Positions 28,836 through 38,831 of a stretch of DNA of 44,362 nucleotides are shown here, piece by piece. Location: contig JANYFF010000249.1 in NCBI GenBank assembly GCA_025362825.1, forward strand, positions 1 through 44,362, read 5' to 3'. Under the pieces are notes generated by a model. The model saw nothing but the letters and a program-made list of their open reading frames with translations, made no database searches and was not told the DNA's origin. Both the position numbers and the translations under genes were made by a program. Every line of letters begins with the position of its first letter. Position 1 is the first letter of the stretch. The stretch comes from Polaromonas sp. Lineage in GTDB: Bacteria; Pseudomonadota; Gammaproteobacteria; Burkholderiales; Burkholderiaceae_C.

Positions 28836-30137
28836 ATGGGAATGTTCAACTGGACAGAAAAAAGCAGCGACGTGCTGGCACACGGCGGCGTGATTGCGCC
28901 AGATGAGCGCCTGCCGTGGCCACAGACAGCCGTCATGGGGGTGCAGCACGTGATTGCCATGTTCGGCGCCACAGTGCTGGCGCCCATCCTGATGGGCTTT
29001 GACCCAAACATCGCCATCCTGATGAGTGGCATCGGCACACTTATCTTTTTTGTCATCACCGGCGGCAAGGTGCCCAGCTATCTCGGGTCAAGCTTTGCCT
29101 TTATCGGCGTGGTAATTGCGGCCAGCGCCTATACGGGCAAGGGGCCCAACACCAACCTCGGTGTGGCGCTGGGCGGCATCATTGCCTGCGGCGTGGTCTA
29201 CACGGTGATCGGCTTCATCGTCCAGGCCATAGGCACTGACTGGATAGAGCGCTTCATGCCACCCGTGGTGACGGGCTCGGTGGTGGCCGTGATAGGACTG
29301 AACCTTGCCAGCATCCCCATCAAGAACATGGCGTCCAGCAACTTCGATTCGTGGATGCAGGTCGTGACCTTTGTCAGTGTGGCGCTGGTCGCGGTGATGA
29401 CGCGCGGCATGGTGCAGCGGCTGCTGATCCTGGTCGGGCTGATTGTGGCGAGCGTGATTTACGCCGTACTCACCAACGGCCTGGGCCTGGGCAAGCCGAT
29501 GGATCTGTCGGGCATCCTGAACGCCGCGTGGGTCGGTGCGCCGGCCTTCAGCGCGCCAGTATTCAGTGGCAGCGCCATGCTGCTGATTGCGCCGGTGGCC
29601 ATCATTTTGGTGGCGGAAAACCTCGGCCACATCAAGGCCGTCACCGCCATGACCGGCAAGAACCTCGACCAGTACATGGGCCGGGCCTTCATTGGCGACG
29701 GCGTTGCGACCATCGTGTCAGGCAGTGCCGGCGGCACTGGTGTGACCACCTATGCCGAGAACATAGGCGTCATGGCAGCAACCAAGATCTATTCGACCGC
29801 GGTGTTTCTTGTCGCTGCGCTGATCGCGCTGGTACTGGGTTTCAGCCCCAAGTTTGGCGCGCTGATCCAGGCGATTCCACTGCCAGTGATGGGCGGCGTA
29901 AGTATTGTGTTGTTCGGCCTGATTGCAGTTGCCGGCGCCAAGATATGGGTCGACAACAAGGTTGATTTCTCAGACAACAAGAACCTGCTGGTCGCGGCCA
30001 TCACGCTGGTGCTGGGCACAGGAGACTTCACACTGAAGTTCGGCCAGTTTGCGCTGGGCGGTATCGGCACTGCAACGTTTGGTGCAATCTTGCTCTACGC
30101 GTTGCTACGCGGCAAAAAACCAGGGCAGTCAATTTAA
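28836..30137 (+). CDS. rutG: NCS2-family nucleobase (uracil/pyrimidine) permease, RutG-like
   Basis: QHVIAMFG, PSYLGSSFAF, AENLGH and TTYAENIG signature motifs; AAGGAG RBS. Confidence 0.85.
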   Translation: MGMFNWTEKSSDVLAHGGVIAPDERLPWPQTAVMGVQHVIAMFGATVLAPILMGFDPNIAILMSGIGTLIFFVITGGKVPSYLGSSFAFIGVVIAASAYTGKGPNTNLGVALGGIIACGVVYTVIGFIVQAIGTDWIERFMPPVVTGSVVAVIGLNLASIPIKNMASSNFDSWMQVVTFVSVALVAVMTRGMVQRLLILVGLIVASVIYAVLTNGLGLGKPMDLSGILNAAWVGAPAFSAPVFSGSAMLLIAPVAIILVAENLGHIKAVTAMTGKNLDQYMGRAFIGDGVATIVSGSAGGTGVTTYAENIGVMAATKIYSTAVFLVAALIALVLGFSPKFGALIQAIPLPVMGGVSIVLFGLIAVAGAKIWVDNKVDFSDNKNLLVAAITLVLGTGDFTLKFGQFALGGIGTATFGAILLYALLRGKKPGQSI

Positions 30138-30481
30138 CTTTTTTTCAGCTCCTTATTTGCGAGCGTCAGAGGTGTTTTGGCTGCAAGCAGCTCCCGCTCC
30201 AGCAAGATGCGTTCGTCAACTTCATGCTCCAGAAGTTGATTAACCTCCGCCAGATTTTTTGCCGACTCCTGAATGGAGTCCTCAATGTCTGCAGTCTTCT
30301 CCAGCGCTTGGGCAACATCGCCAGTTTGCACCTGATCAGGTATGCCTTTTTTTAGCACGGCGTTGATGACCAGCAACTCATCGGCTGATTGCTTGACGAC
30401 CTTCTTGACGCCATCGTTCTGATCGAGGGCCTTCAGCAGGGGGCGCGTAGTGCTGGTGGGAAAAGATGGCTTTTTGATCAT
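30134..30481 (-). CDS. Small coiled-coil hypothetical protein (paralog B)
   Basis: 115 aa; collinear with 30603-30938 (ALDQN..V...V.QSA.EL.VINAVLK..IPD..QT..VAQAL.KT). Confidence 0.8.
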   Translation of the reverse strand: MIKKPSFPTSTTRPLLKALDQNDGVKKVVKQSADELLVINAVLKKGIPDQVQTGDVAQALEKTADIEDSIQESAKNLAEVNQLLEHEVDERILLERELLAAKTPLTLANKELKKS

Positions 30482-30602
30482 GGGGTGGGAGTGACCTGGA
30501 TGTAAGTAGCGACGGAATGCGCTGGCGTCAATGTACAGTCCGCCTCACGCTCGCAAGCCTGACAATATCGCCATCGCGCGTCAGGAAATTACGCGGCCCG
30601 TA

Positions 30603-30938
30603 TCAATTTGGGTCAGCAATATTTTGAGCCTCGGCCAAAGCGGCCTTGGTTTCTGCCAATTCGCGTTCGAGATCAACACGCTCGTCAATTTCCTGTGCCA
30701 GGACTTTGTTGACTTCGGCAAGGTCCTGGGCGGTGTCGTGAATCCTGCTTTCAAGCTCGTCTGTCTTTTGCAGGGCCTGCGCGACTTCTTCAGTCTGGAT
30801 GTGGTCAGGGATTTCCTGTTTCAGCACCGCATTGATGACGACCAGCTCGGCCGCAGATTGCTCCACCGTATCCTGGACGGTTTCGTTCTGGTCGAGCGCC
30901 CGGGCAAGCGGCGTGGATGGGGAGGTTTGCTGGGACAT
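30603..30938 (-). CDS. Small coiled-coil hypothetical protein (paralog A)
   Basis: 111 aa from ATG 30938; heptad pattern; paralog of the neighbouring gene. Confidence 0.8.
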   Translation of the reverse strand: MSQQTSPSTPLARALDQNETVQDTVEQSAAELVVINAVLKQEIPDHIQTEEVAQALQKTDELESRIHDTAQDLAEVNKVLAQEIDERVDLERELAETKAALAEAQNIADPN

Positions 30939-31016
30939 GGTTTTGTAAAGACAAGTTGGCGTCTGATTCGTCTCCAAGGATAACAAAATCCACTATCCGA
31001 AGCTATCACAGGCTTT

Positions 31017-32333
31017 TCAGGGCTTTTTTGCCGGAGAAGCCGCACTGGCCTTCAGGCGTGAAGCTGGTGCTGAAGCCGGACCGAACAGCTTGCCCAGCGC
31101 AGCCCCCAGCCGCGCACCTATCGCCGTCCCGATGACTGGCAACACCGCCGTACCCACCACCGCACCGGCAATCGCGCCGCCCGGAATCGAGACTTTTACA
31201 TGGTTGACAGGCCCGCTCACCTTGAGCGGCACACCCACCACACCATCAACAATGTCCACCGCAAGCTCGGCCTCAATCTGGCGGTTGAACAGCGTGGCTT
31301 TGCCCGATGCGCTGAAGGCGCCGGATTTGGCCTTGATGTCCGTGAAGTCGCTGACCATGCCGTTGGCCGTGTTCTGCGTGTCAAGCTGCCCGGTCACAGA
31401 GTCCAGCGGCGTCTGGCCGTCATGCTCCCTGCCCAGCGTGTGAATGGCTTTGGCGAGGTCAAAGCGCAGCAGCGTGGCAGAATTCATCACAAAGGTGGTT
31501 TTGGTGTGCAGCGATTGCGCCAGCTCGCTTGCCGTCGCACCGTCTGATGACAGCGTCGTGTCGCCCGACGCCTTGCCAGACAGCACCGACCGACGGTTAA
31601 AAGCCGCCAGCGCGCTGGACACCTCGACATTGTGCGGTTTCAGCTGGCCCGACAGGTGCATGCGGCCGTCTGCCCGGGTTTGCAGCTGCACCTCACCATC
31701 ACCGGTGCCGCCGCCCACGTGGATCGTGGTTTTCCAGCGGTCCTTCTCACCCTGCCGGGTCAGTGTCAGGTCGGTAAGCGGTTTGAAGCCGGGGCGCCGG
31801 AGCTGGGCGGTGCGCGGCCTCCAGTGGCTGTCGAAATCCACATCACCCTCAAAAATCACGGGTATGCCGCGGCGCGAGATCCAGGTGACCTGGCGAAATG
31901 CAAAGTGCCCCAGCGGGATGTTGGCCGCAGTAAAACGCGAATGCTTGCCAACATCATCGTTTTTTGAGCCTACCTTGCCAAGCCCGCTCAATGACAACTG
32001 CGGCACCACGCCGCCCTCAAGTTCAGCATCGCGGATCTTGAACTGCTTTTGCCACAGGGCTGAGAGATCGGGGTAAACGGTGATTTTGTCGAGAACAATC
32101 GGCTGGGGCCGGGCAATCACGGTGTTTTGCAACACCACCACCGGCACCGGCAGCACGTGCCAGTGAAGCTCGCCCACCGTTACCTTGACGCCCAGCGCAT
32201 CTTCAAGTCTGCCGGACAGGCGTTGCGCCAGTTCGTCATCGGACGGAATGGCGAGCGCCAAGGCCGTAACCCCCGCAACTAACACAGCAGCGGCCACACC
32301 AAAGCCTGCAAGCCATTTCTGCGTGCGGGTCAC
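31017..32333 (-). CDS. AsmA-family protein
   Basis: N-terminal TM anchor, beta-rich body and C-terminal VPLKVSGP..., ending in a glycine-zipper tail (GAVVGTAVLPVIGTAIGARLG). GTG start at 32333. Confidence 0.75.
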   Translation of the reverse strand: MTRTQKWLAGFGVAAAVLVAGVTALALAIPSDDELAQRLSGRLEDALGVKVTVGELHWHVLPVPVVVLQNTVIARPQPIVLDKITVYPDLSALWQKQFKIRDAELEGGVVPQLSLSGLGKVGSKNDDVGKHSRFTAANIPLGHFAFRQVTWISRRGIPVIFEGDVDFDSHWRPRTAQLRRPGFKPLTDLTLTRQGEKDRWKTTIHVGGGTGDGEVQLQTRADGRMHLSGQLKPHNVEVSSALAAFNRRSVLSGKASGDTTLSSDGATASELAQSLHTKTTFVMNSATLLRFDLAKAIHTLGREHDGQTPLDSVTGQLDTQNTANGMVSDFTDIKAKSGAFSASGKATLFNRQIEAELAVDIVDGVVGVPLKVSGPVNHVKVSIPGGAIAGAVVGTAVLPVIGTAIGARLGAALGKLFGPASAPASRLKASAASPAKKP

Positions 32334-32498
32334 GTCATGTCTGCTTTTTATGCTCTTCGGCCATTGCTCTAGCGTAAACGATAGGGCTGAAAACAGCCGA
32401 CCGGGCAAGCGGCCCAGATGCTGTAGGCGGCGACCTTATAGTGGGGGATGGGTTCAGGCCGAACCCGAGCCACAGAATTCAGACAACAGGATTTCAAC

Positions 32499-32921
32499 AT
32501 GCGTATCTGGAAACAGCCTATATCTGTCGAGTCGCTTACCGCGGTCAGCGCCAACAGCGCAGTGTCCGTGCTGGGCATAGAGTTTCTTGAAGTTGGCGAC
32601 GACTTCATCCGTGCACGCGTGCCGGTGGACCCGCGCACGGTGCAGCCCTATGGCCTGTTGCACGGCGGTGTAGCTGTGGTGCTGGCCGAGACGCTGGGCT
32701 CCTGCGGCGCCGCGTGCGCCGTGCCGGCGGGCCATCGCGTGGTGGGGCTGGACATCAACGCCAACCACCTCAAGGGCACCAGCAGCGGCTGGGTCACCGG
32801 CATCACGCGGCCCGTGCACATAGGCCGCAGCACGCATGTCTGGGCGATCGAAATGACCAACGATGATGGCGAGCTGACCTGCGTGTCGCGTATCACGATG
32901 GCGGTTTTGCAGCCGCGGTAG
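32499..32921 (+). CDS. Hotdog-fold thioesterase (PaaI/YdiI-like)
   Basis: QPYGLLHGG...LAETLGS, VGLDINANH and HIGRSTHVW; AGGA RBS. Confidence 0.93.
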   Translation: MRIWKQPISVESLTAVSANSAVSVLGIEFLEVGDDFIRARVPVDPRTVQPYGLLHGGVAVVLAETLGSCGAACAVPAGHRVVGLDINANHLKGTSSGWVTGITRPVHIGRSTHVWAIEMTNDDGELTCVSRITMAVLQPR

Positions 32922-32965
32922 CTTTAAAACGGCCTGTGGCATCGCCGTTTGGCCGAAAAATAATG

Positions 32966-33021
32966 AAAACGGCCTGCGGCCCCAGATTTTTGGGCATCTT
33001 TAGCTATTGTTTTTATAGCAA
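32966..33021. repeat. Copy of the GCTAT-N-ATAGC repeat between convergent genes
   Basis: AAAACGGCCTGCGGCCCCAGATTTTTGGGCATCTTTAGCTATTGTTTTTATAGCA. Its first 15 nt are nearly duplicated at 32926. Confidence 0.7.
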
Positions 33022-33036
33022 CAATGTTTCTGGCTT

Positions 33037-33600
33037 CTATTCTTCCTGGCGCTGGAGCCGCTCGCTTTTCCAGTAAACATCGTCGCCGCCGTTCATCCGG
33101 TTCAGCACCCGCGACAGCACAAACAGCAAATCACTCAGCCGGTTGAGGTACTGGCGCGGCGCATCCTGCAGGGTTTCTGCCTGGCCCAGCGCCACCACGG
33201 CGCGCTCGGCTCGGCGTGCCACGGTGCGGCAGACATGCGCCAGTGATGCGGCACGCGACCCGGCTGGCAAGATAAATTCTGCCAAGCGCGGCAGCGCGGC
33301 GTTGTGCTCTTCGAGCGCAGCATCCAGCACTGCCACGGCTTCTTGCTTGAGCAGCTCAAAGCCCGGAATGCTCAGCTCGCCGCCAAGGTTGAACAACTGG
33401 TGCTGCACCTCGACCAGCAAGTCGCGCACGCCAGCCGGCAGGTCTTCGCACAGCAACACGCCGATGTTTGAATTGAGCTCATCCACATCACCCATGGCGT
33501 GCACGCGCAGGCTGTTTTTTGAGACGCGGGTGTTGTCGCCCAGGCCGGTGGTGCCGTTGTCGCCGGTGCGGGTTGCGATTTGGGAGAGTCGATTGGCCAT
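33037..33600 (-). CDS. Cob(I)alamin adenosyltransferase, PduO type
   Basis: TRTGDNGTT, GDVDELNS, FILP, RTVARRAER and YLNRLSDLLF. Confidence 0.95.
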   Translation of the reverse strand: MANRLSQIATRTGDNGTTGLGDNTRVSKNSLRVHAMGDVDELNSNIGVLLCEDLPAGVRDLLVEVQHQLFNLGGELSIPGFELLKQEAVAVLDAALEEHNAALPRLAEFILPAGSRAASLAHVCRTVARRAERAVVALGQAETLQDAPRQYLNRLSDLLFVLSRVLNRMNGGDDVYWKSERLQRQEE

Positions 33601-33716
33601 GAGAAAACTTCCTGGGGAATGTGGCGCACGATGACGCCAAGCAATGAAATATGTCGTAACGGGCGATCATGCCAATGACGCAACAGCAGGCAAGAGCGCT
33701 GGAAAGCCCTTGAGCA

Positions 33717-34121
33717 ATGGTTGCAATGGTGACAAGCTTGGCCAACGACCAGCAGCGCCTCCAGAAACAGCGTGATAAACGATCCGTCCAGCATTTTATG
33801 ACCGGCTTTGAAATGCGCATCGTTCTGCGAGTGGCTGCACCAGCGCTGTCGGCCAGCGCGCATGCGCAGACCGCCCATGCGCCGACATCTGCCTGTAAGC
33901 CTGCGAGCCCCGACGGCAACGCGGGCAGCATTCCGCCCAACAAACCCAGCAGCAAGGATATTGCCGCAGCCTTCGGCAAGGCCGACGCCAACCACGATGG
34001 CCGGCTGGACAGCAAGGAGGTCGAGAAATTCCCGCCGGTGGTGCAGCGCTTTGACGTGCTGGATGCCCACCATGACGGCTTTGTCTCGCGCGATGAACTG
34101 GCAACTGTCTCGGGCTCGTAA
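33717..34121 (+). CDS. EF-hand domain protein
   Basis: Two EF-hand loops DANHDGRLDSKE and DAHHDGFVSRDE; start uncertain. Confidence 0.75.
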   Translation: MVAMVTSLANDQQRLQKQRDKRSVQHFMTGFEMRIVLRVAAPALSASAHAQTAHAPTSACKPASPDGNAGSIPPNKPSSKDIAAAFGKADANHDGRLDSKEVEKFPPVVQRFDVLDAHHDGFVSRDELATVSGS

Positions 34122-34130
34122 GCTGGATTG

Positions 34131-34163
34131 AATTACCCGGCGGGCGGTATCTGCCGGGTAATT
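34131..34163. terminator. Hairpin between convergent genes (likely terminator)
   Basis: AATTACCCGGC-N11-GCCGGGTAATT. Confidence 0.6.
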
Positions 34164-34183
34164 TGCGTAGTTAACCCGACTGG

Positions 34184-34999
34184 CTAAACCGGATAGACCT
34201 TAACGGGCCGCGTCGCCACCGGGAAGCCCGCCGCACCCAGCGTGTCGGCAATGGCCCGGTTGGTGTCAAAGTACACCTGCCAATAGTGGTTGGTATGGCA
34301 ATGTGGCCGCACCGCCAGCTTCGGCCCAAATTCATTGAACTCCAGAATCTCTACATCCACGCCGGGCACCTTGGTGATGTTGGGTACCTGCGCCACGGCT
34401 GCCTTGAGCAGTGCGATGGCCTTGTGCACGTCGGCACTGCCGGCAAGCTGCGCGACCAGCTCGACGCGGCGGTGTGGATTGGCGGTGTAGTTTTTGATAT
34501 CACCTCCCATCACCTTGCCATTGCCGACGATGGTCTTGACGTTGTCGGGCGTGTTGATGCTGGTGCCGAACAGACCGATCTCCAGCACCGTGCCTTCAAC
34601 GCCGCCGGCCGTGACATATTCGCCCACCTTGTAGGGCCTGAGTACCAGCAGAAAGATGCCAGCTGCAAAATTGCCCAGCAGGCCGCTCCACGCCGCGCCA
34701 ATTGCCACGCCCGCGCCCGCCACCAGCGCTGCAAAGCTGGTTGTCTCAACGCCGAAGTAGCCGAGGATGGCCACTACCAAAATAATGTTGAGCGCGACGT
34801 TGATGAAGCTCACCAGATAGCGCTGCACCGTCGGGTCTAATTCCTGCCGCGTCATGCCGGCGCCCACGAGACGCGTGACCAGATGGATCAGCCAGCGACC
34901 GATGATGAAGACGATGACGGCGCCTATCACCTTGAGCCCGAAGGCCACCAGAATCGGCTGGGCCTGGTCCATCCAGGTCGTGATTTTTGCTGAATCCAT
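34184..34999 (-). CDS. mscS: Small-conductance mechanosensitive channel
   Basis: Three TM helices, TTSFAALVAGAGVAIG, NFAAG...RPYKVGE, GTVLEIGLF and NYT. Confidence 0.92.
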   Translation of the reverse strand: MDSAKITTWMDQAQPILVAFGLKVIGAVIVFIIGRWLIHLVTRLVGAGMTRQELDPTVQRYLVSFINVALNIILVVAILGYFGVETTSFAALVAGAGVAIGAAWSGLLGNFAAGIFLLVLRPYKVGEYVTAGGVEGTVLEIGLFGTSINTPDNVKTIVGNGKVMGGDIKNYTANPHRRVELVAQLAGSADVHKAIALLKAAVAQVPNITKVPGVDVEILEFNEFGPKLAVRPHCHTNHYWQVYFDTNRAIADTLGAAGFPVATRPVKVYPV

Positions 35000-35134
35000 A
35001 GCGCTACTCCATAATGTTTGAAAACCTGCGCGATCTTAGGGGGCCGCTGGCGTCCTGTAAACCGCACGCGCCGACCGCAAAGCTTGCGTGGCCACAAACA
35101 ATCGCTGTTGTGAAGTATTTTTGGAGACTCTCTG

Positions 35135-36556
35135 ATGAACGCACCGCTGCCTGCCCACCTGCTGCCTGACATGGCTAAACGCGAAACGCCCGCCGCGCTT
35201 GTAGACGCGCTGAAAAGCCGCTTTTCTGACCGCTGTTCCACCGCCCTGGTAGTGCGAGAGCAGCACGGCCGCGACGAATCGTCTTTCGCCGCACCACCAC
35301 CCGCAGCGGTGGTCTTTGCCGAAAGCACTCTAGAGGTCGCCGATGCCGTGAAGCTGGCCGCGCAGTACAACGTGCCGGTGATTCCGTTCGGTGTCGGCAC
35401 CTCGCTTGAAGGCCACCTGCTGGCGATCCAGGGCGGCATCAGCATTGATGTGAGCCGCATGAACAAGGTGCTCTCCATCAACGCCGAAGACCTCACCGTG
35501 ACGGTGCAGCCTGGCGTGACGCGCAAGCAACTCAATGAAGAAATCAAAAGCACCGGCCTCTTTTTTCCGATAGATCCAGGCGCCGATGCCACGCTGGGAG
35601 GCATGAGCGCCACGCGCGCCAGCGGTACCAACGCCGTGCGCTACGGCACCATGCGCGAGAACGTGCTGGCACTCCAAGTGGTCACCGCCAGCGGCGAAGT
35701 GATCCGCACCGGCACGCGCGCCAAAAAATCATCTGCAGGCTACGACCTGACGCGGCTGATGGTCGGCAGCGAGGGCACGCTGGGTGTGATTACTGAAGTC
35801 ACCGTCAAGCTCTATCCGCTGCCAGAGGCCATCTCGGCCGCCATCTGCTCATTCCCCAGCATCGAGGCAGCCGTGCGCACCACGATTGAGGTCATACAGC
35901 TGGGCGTGCCGATTGCGCGTGTCGAGTTGATCGACCACAACACCGTGCGCATGGTCAACAAACATTCCAAGCTGACGCTGCGTGAAGAGCCTATGCTGCT
36001 GATGGAGTTTCACGGCACGCCGGGCAGTGTAAAGGAGCAGGCCGAGCTGGTGCAGGAGCTCGCCAGCAACCATGGCGGCAATGCCTTTGAATGGGCCAGC
36101 ACACCGGAAGAGCGCACGCGCCTGTGGACGGCCCGGCACAACGCCTACTTTGCGGCCATCCAGTCACGGCCCGGCTGCCGCGCGATTTCAACAGACACCT
36201 GCGTGCCGATTTCACGGCTGGCCGATTGCCTGCTGGAGTCGGTGGCCGAGGTCGATGCCAGCGGCATCCCCTACTTTCTGGTCGGCCATGTCGGCGATGG
36301 CAACTTTCATTTTGGCTACCTGATAAATCCCGATGACCCTGCAGAACGCGCAGCCGCCGAAGTGCTGAACCACAAGCTGGTCAGCCGCGCACTGGCCCTT
36401 GAAGGCACCTGCACCGGCGAACACGGTGTCGGCCTGCACAAGATGGACTTTCTGGTGACCGAGGCGGGTGACGGGGCGGTGAACATGATGCGCACCATCA
36501 AACGCGCACTGGACCCGAAGAACATCATGAATCCGGGCAAGATTTTCTCGATCTAG
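35135..36556 (+). CDS. FAD-linked oxidase, D-lactate dehydrogenase (cytochrome)/GlcD-like
   Basis: PFGVGTSLEG, DPGA.ATLGG, GSEGTLG, GHVGDGNFH, GEHGVG and DPKNIMNPGK. Confidence 0.93.
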   Translation: MNAPLPAHLLPDMAKRETPAALVDALKSRFSDRCSTALVVREQHGRDESSFAAPPPAAVVFAESTLEVADAVKLAAQYNVPVIPFGVGTSLEGHLLAIQGGISIDVSRMNKVLSINAEDLTVTVQPGVTRKQLNEEIKSTGLFFPIDPGADATLGGMSATRASGTNAVRYGTMRENVLALQVVTASGEVIRTGTRAKKSSAGYDLTRLMVGSEGTLGVITEVTVKLYPLPEAISAAICSFPSIEAAVRTTIEVIQLGVPIARVELIDHNTVRMVNKHSKLTLREEPMLLMEFHGTPGSVKEQAELVQELASNHGGNAFEWASTPEERTRLWTARHNAYFAAIQSRPGCRAISTDTCVPISRLADCLLESVAEVDASGIPYFLVGHVGDGNFHFGYLINPDDPAERAAAEVLNHKLVSRALALEGTCTGEHGVGLHKMDFLVTEAGDGAVNMMRTIKRALDPKNIMNPGKIFSI

Positions 36557-38496
36557 TGCGTGCGCATCGCGTGACCCGTCCGCGAGCTAAAGTGACCCTC
36601 ACAACTGCGCTGTTACGGCTGGTGCTGATGCTGCTGTTCGCCAGTCCCCCGACCTGGGCGGCTGACAGCTGCACATCGGTCGCGCTGATCAACAGCGCCC
36701 AGCGTTTGGCATCGGGTACGGCTCCAGTAGCCGTGCTGAATTCGCAACAAGTGACCCTGCCCGATACGCTGCCGCTACAGCTGCGCAGCGAACGGGTTCG
36801 CATCAGCTATGACATTGACGTCAGCAGTTGCGCCCAGGCATCGGCGCCTGCTCTGTGGTTGTTTCGGGTGGGTGCGCCCTACCGGGCAACTGTTGACGGG
36901 CAGCCGATGAGCCTGCTGAGCGCGCACATGCTGCGTAGTTCGGAGCTGCTGGCAGGTCGTCTTTTGCCAAGCCAACCTGGCATATACAACGGCCGTATGC
37001 CATCGCTTTTTGCACTGCCGCCAGGGGCCCATCGGGTCACGATTGAATTGCAGACACTGCCGTATATGCCGACGGGGGTGGGTCTGGCCCGGATAGGGCC
37101 CACCAATCTGCTCTTGCCAGTACATGCCGATGCTGTGGACGATATCGTCGCGCACGCTGACTCCGCTTCAGGTGTGGTGTTGGTACTGGGCGCGATGGCG
37201 CTGTTGCTATGGCTGCAGCGTCGGGGTGATCGCAGCCTGCTATGGCTGGCGGTGGCATGCGCTTCGTGGGGGCTACGCGGTGTGGCCTATTTTGGACACA
37301 CCGTTTATGTGGCGGCACTGGCCTATGAGCAGTTCAATCCGCTAAATGTCCTGCTCACTTCTGCGGCCTTGGCGATGTCGGTCAGTTACCTCCTGGGTAG
37401 CCCCGACAGCCGCGACAGGCGCAATCTTGGTGTTATGACATTCTTGTGCGTGGCGGCCGTGCTGCTGGCCGCGATCAGCGGGTATGGCGCACTGGCGGCG
37501 CGGGCGCTCTGCCTGCTGAGCTCCTTTGTCATCGGTGGCGGCATGTTTTTGCGCATCTGGCAGGCGCGTGCCAGGCAAAGCCGTTGGCAGCTCGGGGTGC
37601 TGGCCGGGGGCTTGGCCCTTCTGGTGGCCAGCGCGGTGCACGACATGTTAATGATCACGGGCACCCTTGGCCCCGAGTCTCCAAGCTATCTGTTTTGGGG
37701 GTTTATTGCCCTGTTGATCGCGTTTGCGGGCATATCAGGCCAATACATCGTCAACACATTGAACCTTGCAGAGCGCAGCAATGACGAGTTGGCATTGCAT
37801 GTACGCCGTAAAACGCACGAGCTGGAGCAAAGCTACCAGGCCTTGCGCGCCAATGAATTTTCAGCTGCACGCACCGAGGAGCGTGAGCGCATGGTGCGCG
37901 AGATGCATGACGGACTCGGTGCGCAGCTGATGACGGCGCTGCGCGGCATGGAGCGCGGCGCCCTGGGCAAGGAGCAGATTGCGCAGTCGCTGCAAGACGG
38001 GCTGGACGAGCTGCGTCTGCTGATGGACACCACCGACAACACCCAGCCACTGCAGACGGCGCTGGCCAATTGGCGCAACCGATGGGATGGTCGGCTGGCC
38101 GCGACCGGGCTGACACTGCAATGGACGCTGGGCGACGAGCTGGAACACATCGAGCTGCCCGGCGACACGGTGCTGCAGATCATGCGCGTACTGCAGGAGG
38201 CCGGCGCCAACATCGTCAAGCATGCGCAGGCGGGCGAAGTGGCTGTCAGTGCCGTGGTACACAGTGAGCCGGACGGTGGGCGCGGGCTGTTGCTGGAGAT
38301 TACGGACGACGGTATTGGCCTGCCAGCCATTGATCCATCACGGCCCGGCCGCGGCATCCGCAACATGCGCCAGCGCGCCCGGCTGATTGGCGCCACGCTG
38401 GAGCTGATGGCTCGCCCCAACGGGCTGCAAGGCACCACGGTGCGCCTGCGGTTGCCATTGCCATTGCCATTGCCGCTTTCATCGTCACTTCCTTGA
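36556..38496 (+). CDS. Membrane sensor histidine kinase (periplasmic domain + ~7 TM + HisKA_3/HATPase)
   Basis: ERERMVREMHDGLG H-box, QEAGANIVKHA N-box, DDGIG and GRGIRNM; signal-like N-terminus and many TM helices. Confidence 0.92.
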   Translation: MRAHRVTRPRAKVTLTTALLRLVLMLLFASPPTWAADSCTSVALINSAQRLASGTAPVAVLNSQQVTLPDTLPLQLRSERVRISYDIDVSSCAQASAPALWLFRVGAPYRATVDGQPMSLLSAHMLRSSELLAGRLLPSQPGIYNGRMPSLFALPPGAHRVTIELQTLPYMPTGVGLARIGPTNLLLPVHADAVDDIVAHADSASGVVLVLGAMALLLWLQRRGDRSLLWLAVACASWGLRGVAYFGHTVYVAALAYEQFNPLNVLLTSAALAMSVSYLLGSPDSRDRRNLGVMTFLCVAAVLLAAISGYGALAARALCLLSSFVIGGGMFLRIWQARARQSRWQLGVLAGGLALLVASAVHDMLMITGTLGPESPSYLFWGFIALLIAFAGISGQYIVNTLNLAERSNDELALHVRRKTHELEQSYQALRANEFSAARTEERERMVREMHDGLGAQLMTALRGMERGALGKEQIAQSLQDGLDELRLLMDTTDNTQPLQTALANWRNRWDGRLAATGLTLQWTLGDELEHIELPGDTVLQIMRVLQEAGANIVKHAQAGEVAVSAVVHSEPDGGRGLLLEITDDGIGLPAIDPSRPGRGIRNMRQRARLIGATLELMARPNGLQGTTVRLRLPLPLPLPLSSSLP

Positions 38497-38530
38497 GAGT
38501 GCCGGCATCTATTGGCGCAATCCCGCTAGA

Positions 38531-38592
38531 ATTGCTATTAATTTAATAGCAATAAACGCCTATTTTACGAAGGCCGCGGGCACTAATTGCCT
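38531..38592. repeat. Copy of the GCTAT-N-ATAGC repeat with a perfect palindromic head
   Basis: ATTGCTATTAA-T-TTAATAGCAAT followed by the GCCT...AGGC arm. Confidence 0.75.
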
Positions 38593-38680
38593 GTTTTTTA
38601 AGGTTTTACCCAGCGGAACACGCCGTTGCCGGCTACCAGCCGTCATTGGAGGCAACGTTGAAGATAGCCTTGGTGACGGC

Positions 38681-38707
38681 GGTGAGTTTGGTGAGTTTGG
38701 TGAGCTC
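38681..38707 (+). repeat. 9-bp tandem repeat (GGTGAGTTT)x2 + GGTGAGCTC upstream of kinase 2
   Basis: Read directly. Confidence 0.7.
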
Positions 38708-38831
38708 GAGCAGGCAGGACCTGTCGGTCCAACCGCGGATTTGTTGAAACCTCGCATGGCTCCCCGCCCGTTTTCAGTTTAAATACAGGGCTGAACGCCC
38801 ACAGTTGCAGCCAGAAGCACAAAGGATAGCG

